Shown: positions 1 through 11,158 of the stretch, one piece after another
Numbering within the stretch: the stretch's first letter is position 1
How the letters are laid out: each line of letters begins with the position of its first letter
NCBI GenBank assembly: GCA_025056655.1
Contig: JANWVL010000082.1
Location: forward strand, 813 to 64,812
Direction of reading: 5' to 3'
DNA length: 64,000 bases
From: Candidatus Methylacidiphilales bacterium
Lineage (GTDB): Bacteria > Verrucomicrobiota > Verrucomicrobiia > Methylacidiphilales > JANWVL01
The notes under the pieces: model-generated
Seen by the model: only the letters and a program-made list of their open reading frames with translations
Databases searched by the model: none
What the model was told of the DNA's origin: nothing
Made by a program: the position numbers and the translations under genes

Positions 1-2728
1 TGTGTAAGTATATGTAGTCGCTTCGTTGTTTTCATTAATTTCTTTAACTTTTCGACCTAAAGAATCGTAATCGAAAGTCTTGACTTTACCATCAGGGCGT
101 GTGATTTTGACCAGATCTCCACGTGCGTTGTATTCGAATTGCGTTTGTCTTCCCAGAGGGTCAATCTCTCGAATTTTAAGGCCGGCCGCGTTGTATAGAT
201 ACTGAGTTTGATTTCCATTGGGATCAATCACTTTAGCAACCCAGCCTTGAGGATTATAGAAAAACTTTGTAGTAGCTGGTTGAGCTGATTCATGTCCCAC
301 GATGCGTTCCTTGATTCGTCCTTCACCTTCGATTATACTATAGACCTTTAAGCCGTTCGGGTAGGTAACCAATCGTGGGATGTCTCCATAATTAGCACAA
401 TTACATCCAGTAGAGCCACCACTTCCGGGGACTGCATCATAATCGTAGGAGTAGGATGTAGTGCGTCCGAGCGGGTCAGTCTTCGATTTCAAGCGACCAA
501 ACTCATCATAGGTATAGCGCCATTCTTTATTAAGCTCATTCCTTTCTGCAGTCATATAACCCATCGAGCTATAGAAAAATTGTCGCCGCGTAGCATTGTG
601 ATAAATCATAGAAGTAATTTTGCCACGGGGATTGTATGAATAAGTCGTCTTATAACCCTTCGGGTCTGTTACGCTTTCAAGAAGCCCAGAAGGATGATAA
701 GTATAGGTCGTCACATGTCCAAGAGGATCGATATCTTTTATCTTTAACTTAGTAGTTGGATGATACTCACTTGTCCAAATTTGACCGGCGCGATCCCGTC
801 GAGTCGCTACTTGACCAGACGAATGATAGGTATATTCCTCGTAAGTGCCGTCAGGATAAATTACCTTCTTTAGCCTTCTCCCGTCTGAGGTGTCTTCGTA
901 AAAATATTGCTTTTGGAAGCCCATCGGGTCTATCTCCTTTTGGGGATAGAACGGAAAATTATCGTCGGTATAGACGGTCTGCGTCTCTCGAGTGTATGTC
1001 ACACCGTTGAGTGTGCCTGTAAAGGTCGTTTTCTTGATTGCCCCAAAATGAGGTGTGCGCTCGTAGATCGTGGTGCCAGCAGGGGTCGTCACTGTCTTCA
1101 ACCAACCGCCTCCAGGCTCGTAGGTGTAACTCGTCGTCATGCCATAGACATCTGTGACGGAAGCAATCTGTGCAGAACCCACATAGTAAGTGTATATGCC
1201 TTGTCCCCAAGGACTTTGTGTGCCACGCCAGCCTTCTGCTTGATTTACAGTCGTGGGGTTTGTGGGTAACATAATTTCTGCGACTATCTTCTCGTCCCAA
1301 GTTTTTTCATATTTAGCAAAGCCTTCCACCCCTTTTCGATGGTATTCATAACGCACTCGCTTCATCTTTCCCTCATAGCGTGGATCGTCTGCAGCAACTA
1401 ATAACGGGCGATGCCCTACCTCAGAAACGTAGGAATAGTGTGCTTTTATCGTTTTCATCACAGGCCCATTGCCATCGTCCACAAATTCATAGCCGTAATC
1501 TACCTCTATCAACGTGGGATATAGCTTCCCTTGAGCACATATATAATTGTATCTATATTTCACCTGACGACCGTCACTGGTGATCACACTTTTGATAAGG
1601 CCATTTCCTGGAGCGACAGTGATCTTTGTATTGCCAGAAGGGTTATCATTACTGTTATTACTCGTATTTGAGAAGGGGTCAGCAAGCCAAAGATGACCAT
1701 TAATAAAAAATTTATATTGGTGATCGCCGGGCGGTATCAAAAACGTGCCTTCCCAACGGTCAGGGGCTACCTTCTCAAGCTCCATAACATTATTTGTCCA
1801 ATTGTTAAAAGTGCCGAGCAAATTTACTGATTTAGCCGTAGATAAATTCACAGCGCTACCCACGGAATTCACGGAATTCTGAGTAAGCACAAATCGTATT
1901 GGAATTTTTCCTGACTCTAAATCCACCCCTCCATATTGAAATGAGAGGAAACGCCCTGTCTGAGCATTGATAACTTGTGTTAACCGATATGGAGGTGACG
2001 TTTCATAAATATAGTTAAGCCCATTACCTGCCTTATCCATATGAGCCATTACTCGATATGTATCGTTCCCCAAAAACTTGATTAAATACCGCTCGCCATT
2101 AGCTTTATAGAGCATATATAAGGTAGGATCCCCCTTGTAGTTGAATTGAATCCGATCGGGCATGTCACTAATCGAAGTGAGAAAGATGTCCGTCGGAGAC
2201 TTTCGCTCGAATATTTGACTCATTCCTGCTGAATCAAATACCCTAAGCCGCGGCTGTCCGTTCTTGCTGAAAGCATAAAATATCGGCATGTGAAAGTTAT
2301 GTTGCCAACTCCCTGATATGCCGAGAGGATAATTAGCCAAATTAAAAGCGTGATAGGCAGCATCCGTCGGATCATTCAATTCACTCTGAGTAAACAAATC
2401 ATTTCCGTAGCCTTCATCAGAAGTATAATCTTGCGGCTTCTGATAACGGCTATGGCTAGTTCTTTTGAACTCCAACGGAATATCCCCGACCACTCCCCAG
2501 ACACGAATATCTGTGACCGTACGCATCACATTTCCCGAACGAACCTCGATCGGATTCGGCCCCGTGGTGCCTGCTCCACAAGGCCCATTGTTATTATTGA
2601 CTGGTTTGGGAGGATTTCCGCATGGATTGGGATTATTCGCGTGAGCATTGTTCGTGATCCCAGTTAAAAACACAGCGATCAGCGAGGCCTTAAAGATATG
2701 TTCTAATTTGTTTATAGTTTATATTCAT
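1..2728 (-). CDS. RHS/YD-repeat family secreted protein, partial (C-terminal part lies beyond the left window edge); the 5' end needs a +1 frame change near 2690-2695
   Basis: Missing from the ORF track because it runs off the window edge. My minus-strand translation is open from 2718 down to 1 (about 905 codons). It is full of YD/RHS repeats, e.g. YNPQGWVAKVIDPNGNQTQYLYNAAGLKIREIDPLGRQTQFEYNARGDLVKITRPDGKVKTFDYDSLGRKV (reverse complement of roughly 40-270). It also has the family-typical N-terminal PIEVRSGNVMRTVTDI and a signal-peptide-like KASLIAVFLTGITNNAHA at the N-terminus. Confidence 0.85.
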
Positions 2729-2754
2729 AAGCTAGATTTCCTTTCTATATTAGT

Positions 2755-3711
2755 TTATTTGTTACTTAAGGCGAGTGAGGAAATGTCCTGTGATTGTGAC
2801 GTCCTTGACGTTTTAGTTTTGCGTTGAACCTCAAAACGTCTATTCGATATTGAAATGATTTTGTTCTTAGCGGACTTCTTAACTAAATTGCGCATGGGCG
2901 AGCTTTCCTTTGTCATAAAACTTGCTTTTCTGACTCTAAACTCGGCATCGTAAGAATTCTGACCTTCAACCTCTAATGGAACCCAAAATTCTATAGACCC
3001 CTGTCTACCTTCAGGAGTGGCTAATGTCACCTGATAAAGCCCAGGAGTTAAGCCACACTCGAATGTAAAGCTAAGCTTTCCTGATTGATCTAGCTCGATC
3101 CATTGTTGATGGAATTTTCCATTAACTTTGCCTCCATCTATAGCTCCGACGAACGCACCTCCATGTCCACCCCTAGCCGGTAGAAGTTCAGGCCAATCAA
3201 TAGAAACCTCTATTTTCTGCCCCTCTGCAATCAATAACCTCGGTAGACGACCATTTATAGATTGAAAGTTGGCTGTCCTTCCGTCAGTAACCATCCTAGC
3301 AAATCGAGGCCCTTGATTTTTGATGACAGGAACAGGCATAGATTGTTCTAAGATCTTAAACGCCTCAAAGGGATCTTTCCCTGCTATCTTCTCAGCCATC
3401 CGTTTTGCTTTTTCATATACATCCGGAAGGGTTGGGGCTGAAGAGACCTCTTCACCTCGCTTACTAGCCAACCTAGATAATGATTTTACCAAGTTTTTAC
3501 CTAGACTCGATATTTGTCCTGAGACAACTTGAAGAAAGGGTTCTTTTATAGATTCAGATTTAACCATTTGCTCTTCTGAGGTGTTTTCATTATCCGCTCC
3601 ATAATAATGCAGAATCACAATCAGGGATAAACATCCCAAGGCTATCCCTATCATTATCCATCGATTAATGAGGCCTTTTTTATGAGCTGGGTGTATTGTT
3701 TGTTTTTTCAT
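2755..3711 (-). CDS. hypothetical membrane-anchored protein (single N-terminal TM helix, beta-rich C-terminal part)
   Basis: ORF track, 318 aa. TM anchor WIMIGIALGCLSLIVILHYY; no domain I recognise. The stop at 2755 is 26 nt upstream of the RHS ATG (2728) on the same strand, so the two are probably co-transcribed. Confidence 0.6.
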   Translation of the reverse strand: MKKQTIHPAHKKGLINRWIMIGIALGCLSLIVILHYYGADNENTSEEQMVKSESIKEPFLQVVSGQISSLGKNLVKSLSRLASKRGEEVSSAPTLPDVYEKAKRMAEKIAGKDPFEAFKILEQSMPVPVIKNQGPRFARMVTDGRTANFQSINGRLPRLLIAEGQKIEVSIDWPELLPARGGHGGAFVGAIDGGKVNGKFHQQWIELDQSGKLSFTFECGLTPGLYQVTLATPEGRQGSIEFWVPLEVEGQNSYDAEFRVRKASFMTKESSPMRNLVKKSAKNKIISISNRRFEVQRKTKTSRTSQSQDISSLALSNK

Positions 3712-3940
3712 AGGTTTGGGTTTGTAGTTCAGTTTTTAGTCTTTTGTTTGAGGTTTGAAGGTTTTGATGGGAAAGTGTAAAGAGGACTAAACTCAAGCAA
3801 AACAGAGTTGCTCCAGACGCTGCTTGCAGATAATGCGTATGGCTTGCCGCAGCAACGTGTTTTTTCTTGACTCTATGATGCGCAACAATGCTGAAGCTTT
3901 TACCTTCAGTCTTGAGTCTTAACCTTTATGTCGTGGCGAT

Positions 3941-3996
3941 GAGACGTGCTAAGATTATGATTTCGCAGTGAAAAATCTGAGAACCAGTCACGTCTC
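3941..3996. repeat. 56-nt inverted repeat / hairpin in the long non-coding region
   Basis: GAGACGTG (3941-3948) pairs perfectly with CACGTCTC (3989-3996). Inner complementary segments AGATT/AATCT and GATTT/AAATC lie between them. Confidence 0.35.
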
Positions 3997-4835
3997 AGTG
4001 TGAAAATCATGCCGTGGATGATACTTTATGATCGATTTGTTTTGTCAACCAAAAAAAATCACCAAACTATTGGATGACAAGTATTTACTATTTTTTAGTA
4101 AAAATCAAGCGCCTTGTATAGATAAGCAAAGAGAAGCCAACGATCGCGGCTTTAGGCTTTAAAACTGGTGTAGAAATAAGGAGGCTTGATGGTTTACAGA
4201 AAAATAAAGTCTTGAAAATGATTGCACCTAGCGAGTCATAGATTTTATAAGACTCCTCATCCTTTAACTTTGCAGAGGCTTATAGATTCAAGATTGGAGA
4301 GATTAGCACAGAGAATGCTGCTACACAAAAATTTTTTTAAAATTTGGCTAGGATAACTCAGCAATAGTCTATCATAATTTATAACGTGACATACAGCGAC
4401 TCAACTAGCAGCCCCCAAGATGCAAGGGGGACAAGAACTCAGACTCATTGCACATGAGGTGCAAGAAGAACAGACTGCAGAGAAGGATGCCGAGGGAGTG
4501 GCAGAGATGAGCGGTGCTGACAGTGTAGCTCCTGACGATGGGTGGGGCTTGAATTTTGGATAATCAGAAAGTGACGGACCGCAGCAAGCCGTTGATGGAG
4601 ATCTGAATTGAATTCATTGTTTTTGTCTCTTGTAGAGTCCACATCTGCCTCGTCGAGAAAACAACTTTGCATCCTCAAGAAGGCTAGAAAATTGAGGCTC
4701 TACTCGTGGAGCTTATTATCCGTTTCACATGCAACCTGAAACAGTCTGCTACACTGGCTTTTTGAGTGTCTTGAGCGGTCCAACGTAAACAAAGACGCTC
4801 AAGCCCCTTGACTTGCTGGGTAACATACATACCTT

Positions 4836-5540
4836 ATGAAAAACCAGTCTCTGACAAAGCATATTTGGCATGCTCTCCGTGATAATTTTTTGCGTGGACT
4901 TCTCGTAGTGGTTCCGATCGGTGTAACCTTATGGATCGTTCAATTTGTCTATCAACTCATCAACGAACCTTCCGATCAAGTGTTGCGCTGGCTAATCAGT
5001 CATAGTTGGCTTCCCGGGTCTGATTATTTCAGAGAACATCACGGTGGCACCATTCCCGGCGGTGGGTTTTGGGTCACACTGATTTTCGTATTACTTGTGG
5101 GGATTGGCGTTGGAAACTTCCTGGGGCGCACCATCGTCAAAGCTGTGGATACGCTATTTTTAAAAATCCCCTTAGTGAAGAGCATTTATCAGGCTCTAAA
5201 GCAGACGATGCATGCTGTGCAAGAGATGAGCGGGGAGGGGAGTGCCATGAAGTTTAACCAAATGGTTCTTGTGCCGCTCCTGGAAAATCACGGCACAGCA
5301 ATCTGTGCAGTAGGATTCGTTACCGGCCGCGTGAAATTGACAGAGGAGGATGAATATTGTTCTGTTTTTTTGCCCAATTCTCCGACGCCAGTCACGGGCT
5401 TTACTTTGCTTATTAAAAGGGACGCTCTGATCTGGGAGCATGGGTTAAGCGTAGAGGAAGGATTGAAGTTTATTATTTCGTATGGTTTGGCGACTACCCT
5501 TCGGAAAACAACCGACGTAGTGCCTCACGCCGAAAGTTGA
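4836..5540 (+). CDS. DUF502-family membrane protein
   Basis: 234 aa. N-terminal TM helices (LRGLLVVVPIGVTLWIV, FWVTLIFVLLVGIGVG) and a C-terminal VFLPNSPTPVTGFTLLI pattern typical of DUF502. Confidence 0.7.
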   Translation: MKNQSLTKHIWHALRDNFLRGLLVVVPIGVTLWIVQFVYQLINEPSDQVLRWLISHSWLPGSDYFREHHGGTIPGGGFWVTLIFVLLVGIGVGNFLGRTIVKAVDTLFLKIPLVKSIYQALKQTMHAVQEMSGEGSAMKFNQMVLVPLLENHGTAICAVGFVTGRVKLTEEDEYCSVFLPNSPTPVTGFTLLIKRDALIWEHGLSVEEGLKFIISYGLATTLRKTTDVVPHAES

Positions 5541-5958
5541 AAATCTCCTCAAGCCTCTTTTTTACAAGTAACGGATGGACTATGCGCGAAAACGGATCAA
5601 ACGGAAGAGCATAGTGCACGATATCGTCCATCTGCGTTTTGTCTGGGGTGATCGGCGTCAAGTGATGCTCATGGTGCCACAATCGGTAAGGACCAAAACG
5701 TTGTTCATCCACAAAATAATTTGGCTCTCGCACGTGCGTGATCTCCGTGACCCAAGTCAAGGGAATTCCAAAGAGTGGCGCGACACGGTAGGTAATAATA
5801 AGTCCTGGATAAATCTTAGGTGGTGGCTGAGACGTAATTTTGAAAGCCATATCGCGAGGCGTGATTTGCGGAAGGTTGCGCGGATCGGATATAAAATCCC
5901 ATGCTCGACCCAGCGAAAGAGGAAGTTCTTGAGAAACTTTAAGCACATAGATTTTCAT
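5494..5958 (-). CDS. SRPBCC-superfamily ligand-binding protein (COG4276-like)
   Basis: 154 aa with an FGPYRLWHHEHHL core. The 3' end overlaps the convergent DUF502 gene by 47 nt. Confidence 0.65.
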   Translation of the reverse strand: MKIYVLKVSQELPLSLGRAWDFISDPRNLPQITPRDMAFKITSQPPPKIYPGLIITYRVAPLFGIPLTWVTEITHVREPNYFVDEQRFGPYRLWHHEHHLTPITPDKTQMDDIVHYALPFDPFSRIVHPLLVKKRLEEIFNFRREALRRLFSEG

Positions 5959-6036
5959 AAGGCCAAGAATTTTAAGGGCTGGGATGCAGCATTTTGCTAA
6001 TCAAGGTCATTTTTCATAAATTTCAAAATTGAATAC

Positions 6037-9000
6037 ATGAACACACTGAGTTTTGCAGATCGAATTCCGCAAGAGACCTGGCAATCCCTACTCAAAGGGA
6101 TTGAACGAGCAGACCAGATTGATTGCAAGGGGTTGCCTCTGGCTGCTCAAGCCTGGCTGATGAGCGAGCTTGTGAAAAAAAACGTAGCCGGCAAAAAACA
6201 GCGCCCTCTTTTTTGGATATGCGAAGATGTGAAAACTCAAGAGGCCCTTGCATCCGATCTCATCTCTTGGGGAGTAGACTGTGTTTTTTATCCGCAGAGC
6301 GATTGGAAAGAGGAAATGGGGGTGCCCGACCTACAGATCGAGCTGGAACAGTGGGCAGCGTGGAAGCGATTGATACGCCTCGATGCAGACGTCGGCCTGA
6401 TCACTCAGGCTTCGTTGAACCAAAAACAGATCGATTTGGAAACTCTACAGCGCCTGGTGATTTGCCTTACACGAGGAGATCGCATTTCGATTGAAAGTTT
6501 TATTCAACAACTAATCGATGCCAACCTTTTGCGAGAGCGCAAAGTTTATCAAGTCGGGCATTGGACTCAGAGAGGTGCAATCCTAGACGTCTGGCCATGG
6601 GACTCACTACACCCTATTCGGATAGAATGGGAAGATGATACGATAAGCTCGATTCGTTATTTTGATCCTGATCTACAACGCTCGCTCAATCCTATCGATC
6701 GAGTCGAGATGTTGATCCACCATCCTTCCCAAGAGCAAGGAATTGCCCCCTCTTTAACCCCTATAGAAACCTTACTCCACTCACTCGTAAAAGAAAAAAA
6801 AGCTATCTGGTGCAATCGCTACGACGTCGAGAGCACAACCTATACGTGTGGTATCGAGTGCTTTGAGCACAGTTTCCTTCTTGCAACACGCCCATTCGAG
6901 CATGACCAGGTCTTGCAAGTAAACCGTCGCCGACTCTTTTTTACACATTTAAAACACTGGATTGAAACGCATTGGCAGATAGACGTCTGTTGTAACAATG
7001 AAGGGGAAGAACAACGCTTGCGCCAAATCATCGAGGAAGAGTTGACCGCCGAAACACTGAAAAAACTGCGTTTCCATCAGATCCCTCTCCTACATGGATT
7101 TACCTATCCAGAGGGAAGATGGGTCTTAATTACCGACGCAGAAATTTTCGGGCGATACCAGACGTTGCGTGTCTTAAGAAAAAAGGAACGTCTAGCACGA
7201 GTGCGCGGGCAATCGTTAAGTTTTTCTCTGAGCGAGCTGGCACAGGGTGACTACGTGGTGCATCTCCACCATGGAATCGGACGTTATCGTGGATTGCAAA
7301 CTATCCCCTCAGAAGATTCAAATTCTGGAGAAGAAGCCATCGTCCTAGAGTATGCTGAGGGAGCGAAGCTATACGTTCCCTTAAGTCAATCCTACCTCAT
7401 TTCGAGATATGTAGGAGTCAATAAAAAAGCTCCCCAACTTGACACCCTCGGCGGAAACCGATGGGAACGCGCTAAAAAGAATGCCGAAAAAGCTATATGG
7501 GATTATGCGGCCAAATTATTGAAAATTCAAGCAGAGCGAGAGACCTTGCAGGGGTATGCCTTCCCAGAGGACGATGATTGGCAAAGGGAATTTGAAATGA
7601 GTTTTATCTATGAACCGACCCCTGATCAATCCAAGGCTATTGCTGCAACCAAAGCTGACATGCAGTCCACTCGTCCCATGGATCGCTTGATCTGTGGAGA
7701 TGTAGGTTTCGGAAAAACCGAAGTCGCCATTCGCGCGCTTTTCAAATGCGCCATTTCAGGCAAACAAGCCGCATTCCTCGCTCCTACAACAGTGCTTGCC
7801 CAACAACATTATCGCAACCTATGCGAACGCATGGCCGACTATCCCATCAAAATCGAGCTGCTAAATCGCTTCAAAACTCAAAAGGAACAAAAGATCATCA
7901 TTGAAGCAATTGCAGACGGCAAAGTGGACATTGTTGTCGGCACACATCGTCTGCTCTCCCCTGATGTCCACTTCAAAGACCTCGGCCTAGTCGTGATTGA
8001 TGAAGAGCAACGATTCGGTGTCATACAAAAAGAAAAATTCAAAGAACGACATCGGCTCGTTCATATTTTAAGTCTTTCTGCCACCCCTATTCCCCGCACG
8101 CTTTATCTCTCGCTGGCCGGGGTCAAAGATATGAGCGTGATTGAGACACCACCGGCTAACCGTCTCCCCGTGGAAACTATCATCTGCCCCTATGACGAGC
8201 GCATCATCAAGGCTGCCATCGAGCGCGAACTCTCCAGAAACGGCCAAATTTACTTCCTCCATAACCGCATTGGCTCGATCTATACCCTTGCAGACCGTAT
8301 CCGATCCCTCCTCCCTGAATGTAAAATTGATGTCGGTCACGGAAGGATGCCTAAACACCAACTCGAAGAGGTCATGCAGCGCTTTGTGGATGGGAAAACG
8401 GATCTACTACTCGCAACCTCCATCATTGAGAATGGCCTCGATATTCCGAACGCCAACACGATCATCATCGATCGCGCTGATCGTTTCGGTCTTTCAGACC
8501 TGTATCAACTCCGGGGACGGGTCGGCCGTGCTCATCATAAAGGCTATGCTTACCTCCTCCTTCCTCGCCATTTGATGAGCGTCACCAACGCAAGAAAAAG
8601 AGTCAACGCCCTCCAACAATACTCCAAGCTCGGAGACGGCTTTAAAATTTCAATGCGCGACCTTGAGCTCCGTGGAGCAGGAAATTTACTTGGTGTTGAA
8701 CAAAGCGGCCACATTTCTACTATCGGCTTTGACCTTTACTGCCGCCTACTAAAAGCCGCTGTCAGCAGCCTAAAAGGTGAACGTCCCGCCTGGCAAAACG
8801 AAACACGCTTACGGATCGATTTTATAAGCCTCTCAGAGCCGAGTCATCCTTCCACAGATGGCGTTCATCATGCCTATCTCCCCAAAACTTACTTCCAAGA
8901 CCAAGAGGGAATCATTGAAAATTATAAACGACTTAACGAAGCCCTCACTCCTAGTGAACTGGATCAACTCTGCGAGGAGTGGCGTGATTGCTACGGCCCT

Positions 9001-9249
9001 TGGCCTCTCCCCGTCACCCTACTCCTTGAGATACACCATATCCGCATACTCGCTGCGCAAGCTCAAATCTCCCACGTCGAAACGCAAAACAACAAAATCA
9101 TTCTCAAGCGAAATAACGATTTCATCATGATAGGCGGAAAGTTTCCACGCTTGACCGCCCAAGACCCCCTTCTTAAGTTACAAGAACTCAAAAAATGGAT
9201 TCGCAGTTTTATACAAAACGAAAAACTACACCCCTCTTCAAGCCACTAA
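6037..9249 (+). CDS. mfd: transcription-repair coupling factor
   Basis: 1070 aa. SF2 helicase motifs [34 protein letters not shown]; CarD-like segment [13 protein letters not shown]. Confidence 0.95.
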   Translation: MNTLSFADRIPQETWQSLLKGIERADQIDCKGLPLAAQAWLMSELVKKNVAGKKQRPLFWICEDVKTQEALASDLISWGVDCVFYPQSDWKEEMGVPDLQIELEQWAAWKRLIRLDADVGLITQASLNQKQIDLETLQRLVICLTRGDRISIESFIQQLIDANLLRERKVYQVGHWTQRGAILDVWPWDSLHPIRIEWEDDTISSIRYFDPDLQRSLNPIDRVEMLIHHPSQEQGIAPSLTPIETLLHSLVKEKKAIWCNRYDVESTTYTCGIECFEHSFLLATRPFEHDQVLQVNRRRLFFTHLKHWIETHWQIDVCCNNEGEEQRLRQIIEEELTAETLKKLRFHQIPLLHGFTYPEGRWVLITDAEIFGRYQTLRVLRKKERLARVRGQSLSFSLSELAQGDYVVHLHHGIGRYRGLQTIPSEDSNSGEEAIVLEYAEGAKLYVPLSQSYLISRYVGVNKKAPQLDTLGGNRWERAKKNAEKAIWDYAAKLLKIQAERETLQGYAFPEDDDWQREFEMSFIYEPTPDQSKAIAATKADMQSTRPMDRLICGDVGFGKTEVAIRALFKCAISGKQAAFLAPTTVLAQQHYRNLCERMADYPIKIELLNRFKTQKEQKIIIEAIADGKVDIVVGTHRLLSPDVHFKDLGLVVIDEEQRFGVIQKEKFKERHRLVHILSLSATPIPRTLYLSLAGVKDMSVIETPPANRLPVETIICPYDERIIKAAIERELSRNGQIYFLHNRIGSIYTLADRIRSLLPECKIDVGHGRMPKHQLEEVMQRFVDGKTDLLLATSIIENGLDIPNANTIIIDRADRFGLSDLYQLRGRVGRAHHKGYAYLLLPRHLMSVTNARKRVNALQQYSKLGDGFKISMRDLELRGAGNLLGVEQSGHISTIGFDLYCRLLKAAVSSLKGERPAWQNETRLRIDFISLSEPSHPSTDGVHHAYLPKTYFQDQEGIIENYKRLNEALTPSELDQLCEEWRDCYGPWPLPVTLLLEIHHIRILAAQAQISHVETQNNKIILKRNNDFIMIGGKFPRLTAQDPLLKLQELKKWIRSFIQNEKLHPSSSH

Positions 9250-10226
9250 TTACGCTGGCCGTGATCGTTGCGGTTCTGAGCGCTTCCCCATCAGTTGCCC
9301 AATTGATGGTCAATGGAATTGCGGCGATTGTTAATGACCGAGTGATCACTTTCACAGATGTGCGAAGAATCGCTGATGCCTCGGAAATGATGCTCCGCGA
9401 GAATTACAAAGGACCAGATCTCGATAAAAAAATAAAAGAGCTTCGCCTTAGCGCCCTAAAGACACTCATCGACCGAGAACTCATTATTCAAGAATTCAAC
9501 AAACGCGGCCTAACAATTCCTGACAATTTTATCGAAAACCGTCTCCAACAAATTATCCGCGATAAATTCGGCGGCGACCGCGCTGCTTTCATAAGAACGC
9601 TACAAAGCAACAACATGACACTCGAGGCCTACAAACGTGAGCTCCGAGATGAAATCATTGTCGCAGCAATGCGGGCTCGCTACGGTGGAGGCACTCCCGT
9701 CATCTCGCCCAAGCGCATCGAGCAGTATTACAAAAACAACATCCACCAATTTAAGACAGACCGCGAAATGCGCATCAGTCTCATCTTCATTCGTCGTGGG
9801 CTATTCCCGGAAAAACAAAACCTCCCCGACGGCACTACTCAAGAAATCGATCCCAATCTTGCACTAGCCAACGAAATTCACGACAAATTGGAAACCGGAT
9901 CGAGTTTTGAAGAGCTCGCCCGCACTTACAGTGAAGCTTCAAGCAAAGACCAAGGTGGCGATATCGGTTGGGTTACTAAAAACACCTTACGCCCTGAGCT
10001 CATGGCCGCGGCCAACACCCTATCTAAAGGTCAGATAAGCCCAGTCATCACAACCAACGAAGGCTACTACATCCTCAAGCTCACAGATCTAAAAGCTGAG
10101 TCGGTGACTCCGCTTTCCAAGGTTCGTGAGCAAATCCACAATCAACTTCTTCAAGAAGAACAAACCAAAAGAATGCAGGAATGGGTCGATAGCCTTCGAG
10201 CCAAGGCATTCATTAAAATGTTTTAG
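9195..10226 (+). CDS. SurA-like periplasmic chaperone / parvulin peptidyl-prolyl isomerase
   Basis: 343 aa. Signal peptide ending SPSVAQ and a parvulin signature (GGDIGWV ... EGYYILKL). The start overlaps mfd by 55 nt. The surA-pdxA adjacency is a conserved arrangement. Confidence 0.8.
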   Translation: MDSQFYTKRKTTPLFKPLITLAVIVAVLSASPSVAQLMVNGIAAIVNDRVITFTDVRRIADASEMMLRENYKGPDLDKKIKELRLSALKTLIDRELIIQEFNKRGLTIPDNFIENRLQQIIRDKFGGDRAAFIRTLQSNNMTLEAYKRELRDEIIVAAMRARYGGGTPVISPKRIEQYYKNNIHQFKTDREMRISLIFIRRGLFPEKQNLPDGTTQEIDPNLALANEIHDKLETGSSFEELARTYSEASSKDQGGDIGWVTKNTLRPELMAAANTLSKGQISPVITTNEGYYILKLTDLKAESVTPLSKVREQIHNQLLQEEQTKRMQEWVDSLRAKAFIKMF

Positions 10227-10258
10227 TCTCTAGTCTTATCAGGTGCCTTTCGAAACCC

Positions 10259-11149
10259 GTGAATTCCATCGGCATCACCCTAGGAGAGCCTGCTGGTATT
10301 GGCCCAGAGATAGTTCATAAAGCCTTATCTTCCTCCTCGATTCCCAAAGATTTCCACTACGCAATCTTCGGAGAAACTCATCCTCATAGGCCTGGTGAAC
10401 TCACACTCGCCTCGGCTCGAGCCGCCTATCAAGCCCTTCAAGAGGCCATACAAGCCTGGAAGACAGGCCAAATCTCAGCCATTGTCACAGCTCCTATCCA
10501 TAAAAAAAACATGTCCCGCATCGGCTTCTCGTTTCCAGGCCACACCGAATTCTTCTCTCATGCCTGCGGCTTACCATTGGACTCTGCCGTCATGGTCATG
10601 CATGACCCAAAGCTCAGTGTAGCGCTCCTTTCCGCACACATTCCTCTCTCAGAAGCACCGCGATTTTACACCAAAAAACGAATCCAGCAGGTAGCGAAAG
10701 TTTACTCCCAATTTCTCGCCTCCTTTTATCCGAATGGTTACCAAATCGCTTTAGCTGGGCTCAATCCTCATGCTGGAGAAGAAGGCTATATAGGCTACGA
10801 GGAAGTGATCGCTCAAAGTGCTATTTCAGAGCTACAAGCCGAGGGCATACCTATTTCTGGCCCATACTCGCCCGACACCCTCTACTACCGAGCAGCCCGT
10901 GGAGATTTTCAAGGCATCATCGCTGCCTACCACGATCAAGCGCTCATCCCTTTCAAACTCCTAGCTTTCAGCACAGGAGTCAACGTCACTCTCGGACTTC
11001 CACTCATTCGCACCTCCCCAGACCACGGCACCGCCCTCGACATCGCAGGCAAAAACATCGCCGACCCCTCAAGCATGATCGCCGCTATTCAACTTGCTTG
11101 CCACCTGGTGCGCACATCATTAAACAATACCCCCGTAAATCGCTCCTAA
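10259..11149 (+). CDS. pdxA: 4-hydroxythreonine-4-phosphate dehydrogenase
   Basis: 296 aa, GTG start. Motifs GEPAGIGPEI, PGHTEF, NPHAGEEG, SPDHGTA. Confidence 0.9.
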   Translation: MNSIGITLGEPAGIGPEIVHKALSSSSIPKDFHYAIFGETHPHRPGELTLASARAAYQALQEAIQAWKTGQISAIVTAPIHKKNMSRIGFSFPGHTEFFSHACGLPLDSAVMVMHDPKLSVALLSAHIPLSEAPRFYTKKRIQQVAKVYSQFLASFYPNGYQIALAGLNPHAGEEGYIGYEEVIAQSAISELQAEGIPISGPYSPDTLYYRAARGDFQGIIAAYHDQALIPFKLLAFSTGVNVTLGLPLIRTSPDHGTALDIAGKNIADPSSMIAAIQLACHLVRTSLNNTPVNRS

Positions 11150-11158
11150 TCTTACATC

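Noticed and set aside
4445-4678. A 77-aa minus-strand ORF in the long intergenic region.
   Set aside because: It has no SD and an odd composition, and it overlaps the equally unsupported 47-codon + strand ORF. I mention it only as part of the non-coding region finding.
5494-5540. The 47-nt convergent overlap of the DUF502 and SRPBCC genes, and the shared CTAG stop of ileS/proA at 15166-15169.
   Set aside because: These are probably just compact genome organisation. I saw no evidence of a functional antisense mechanism.
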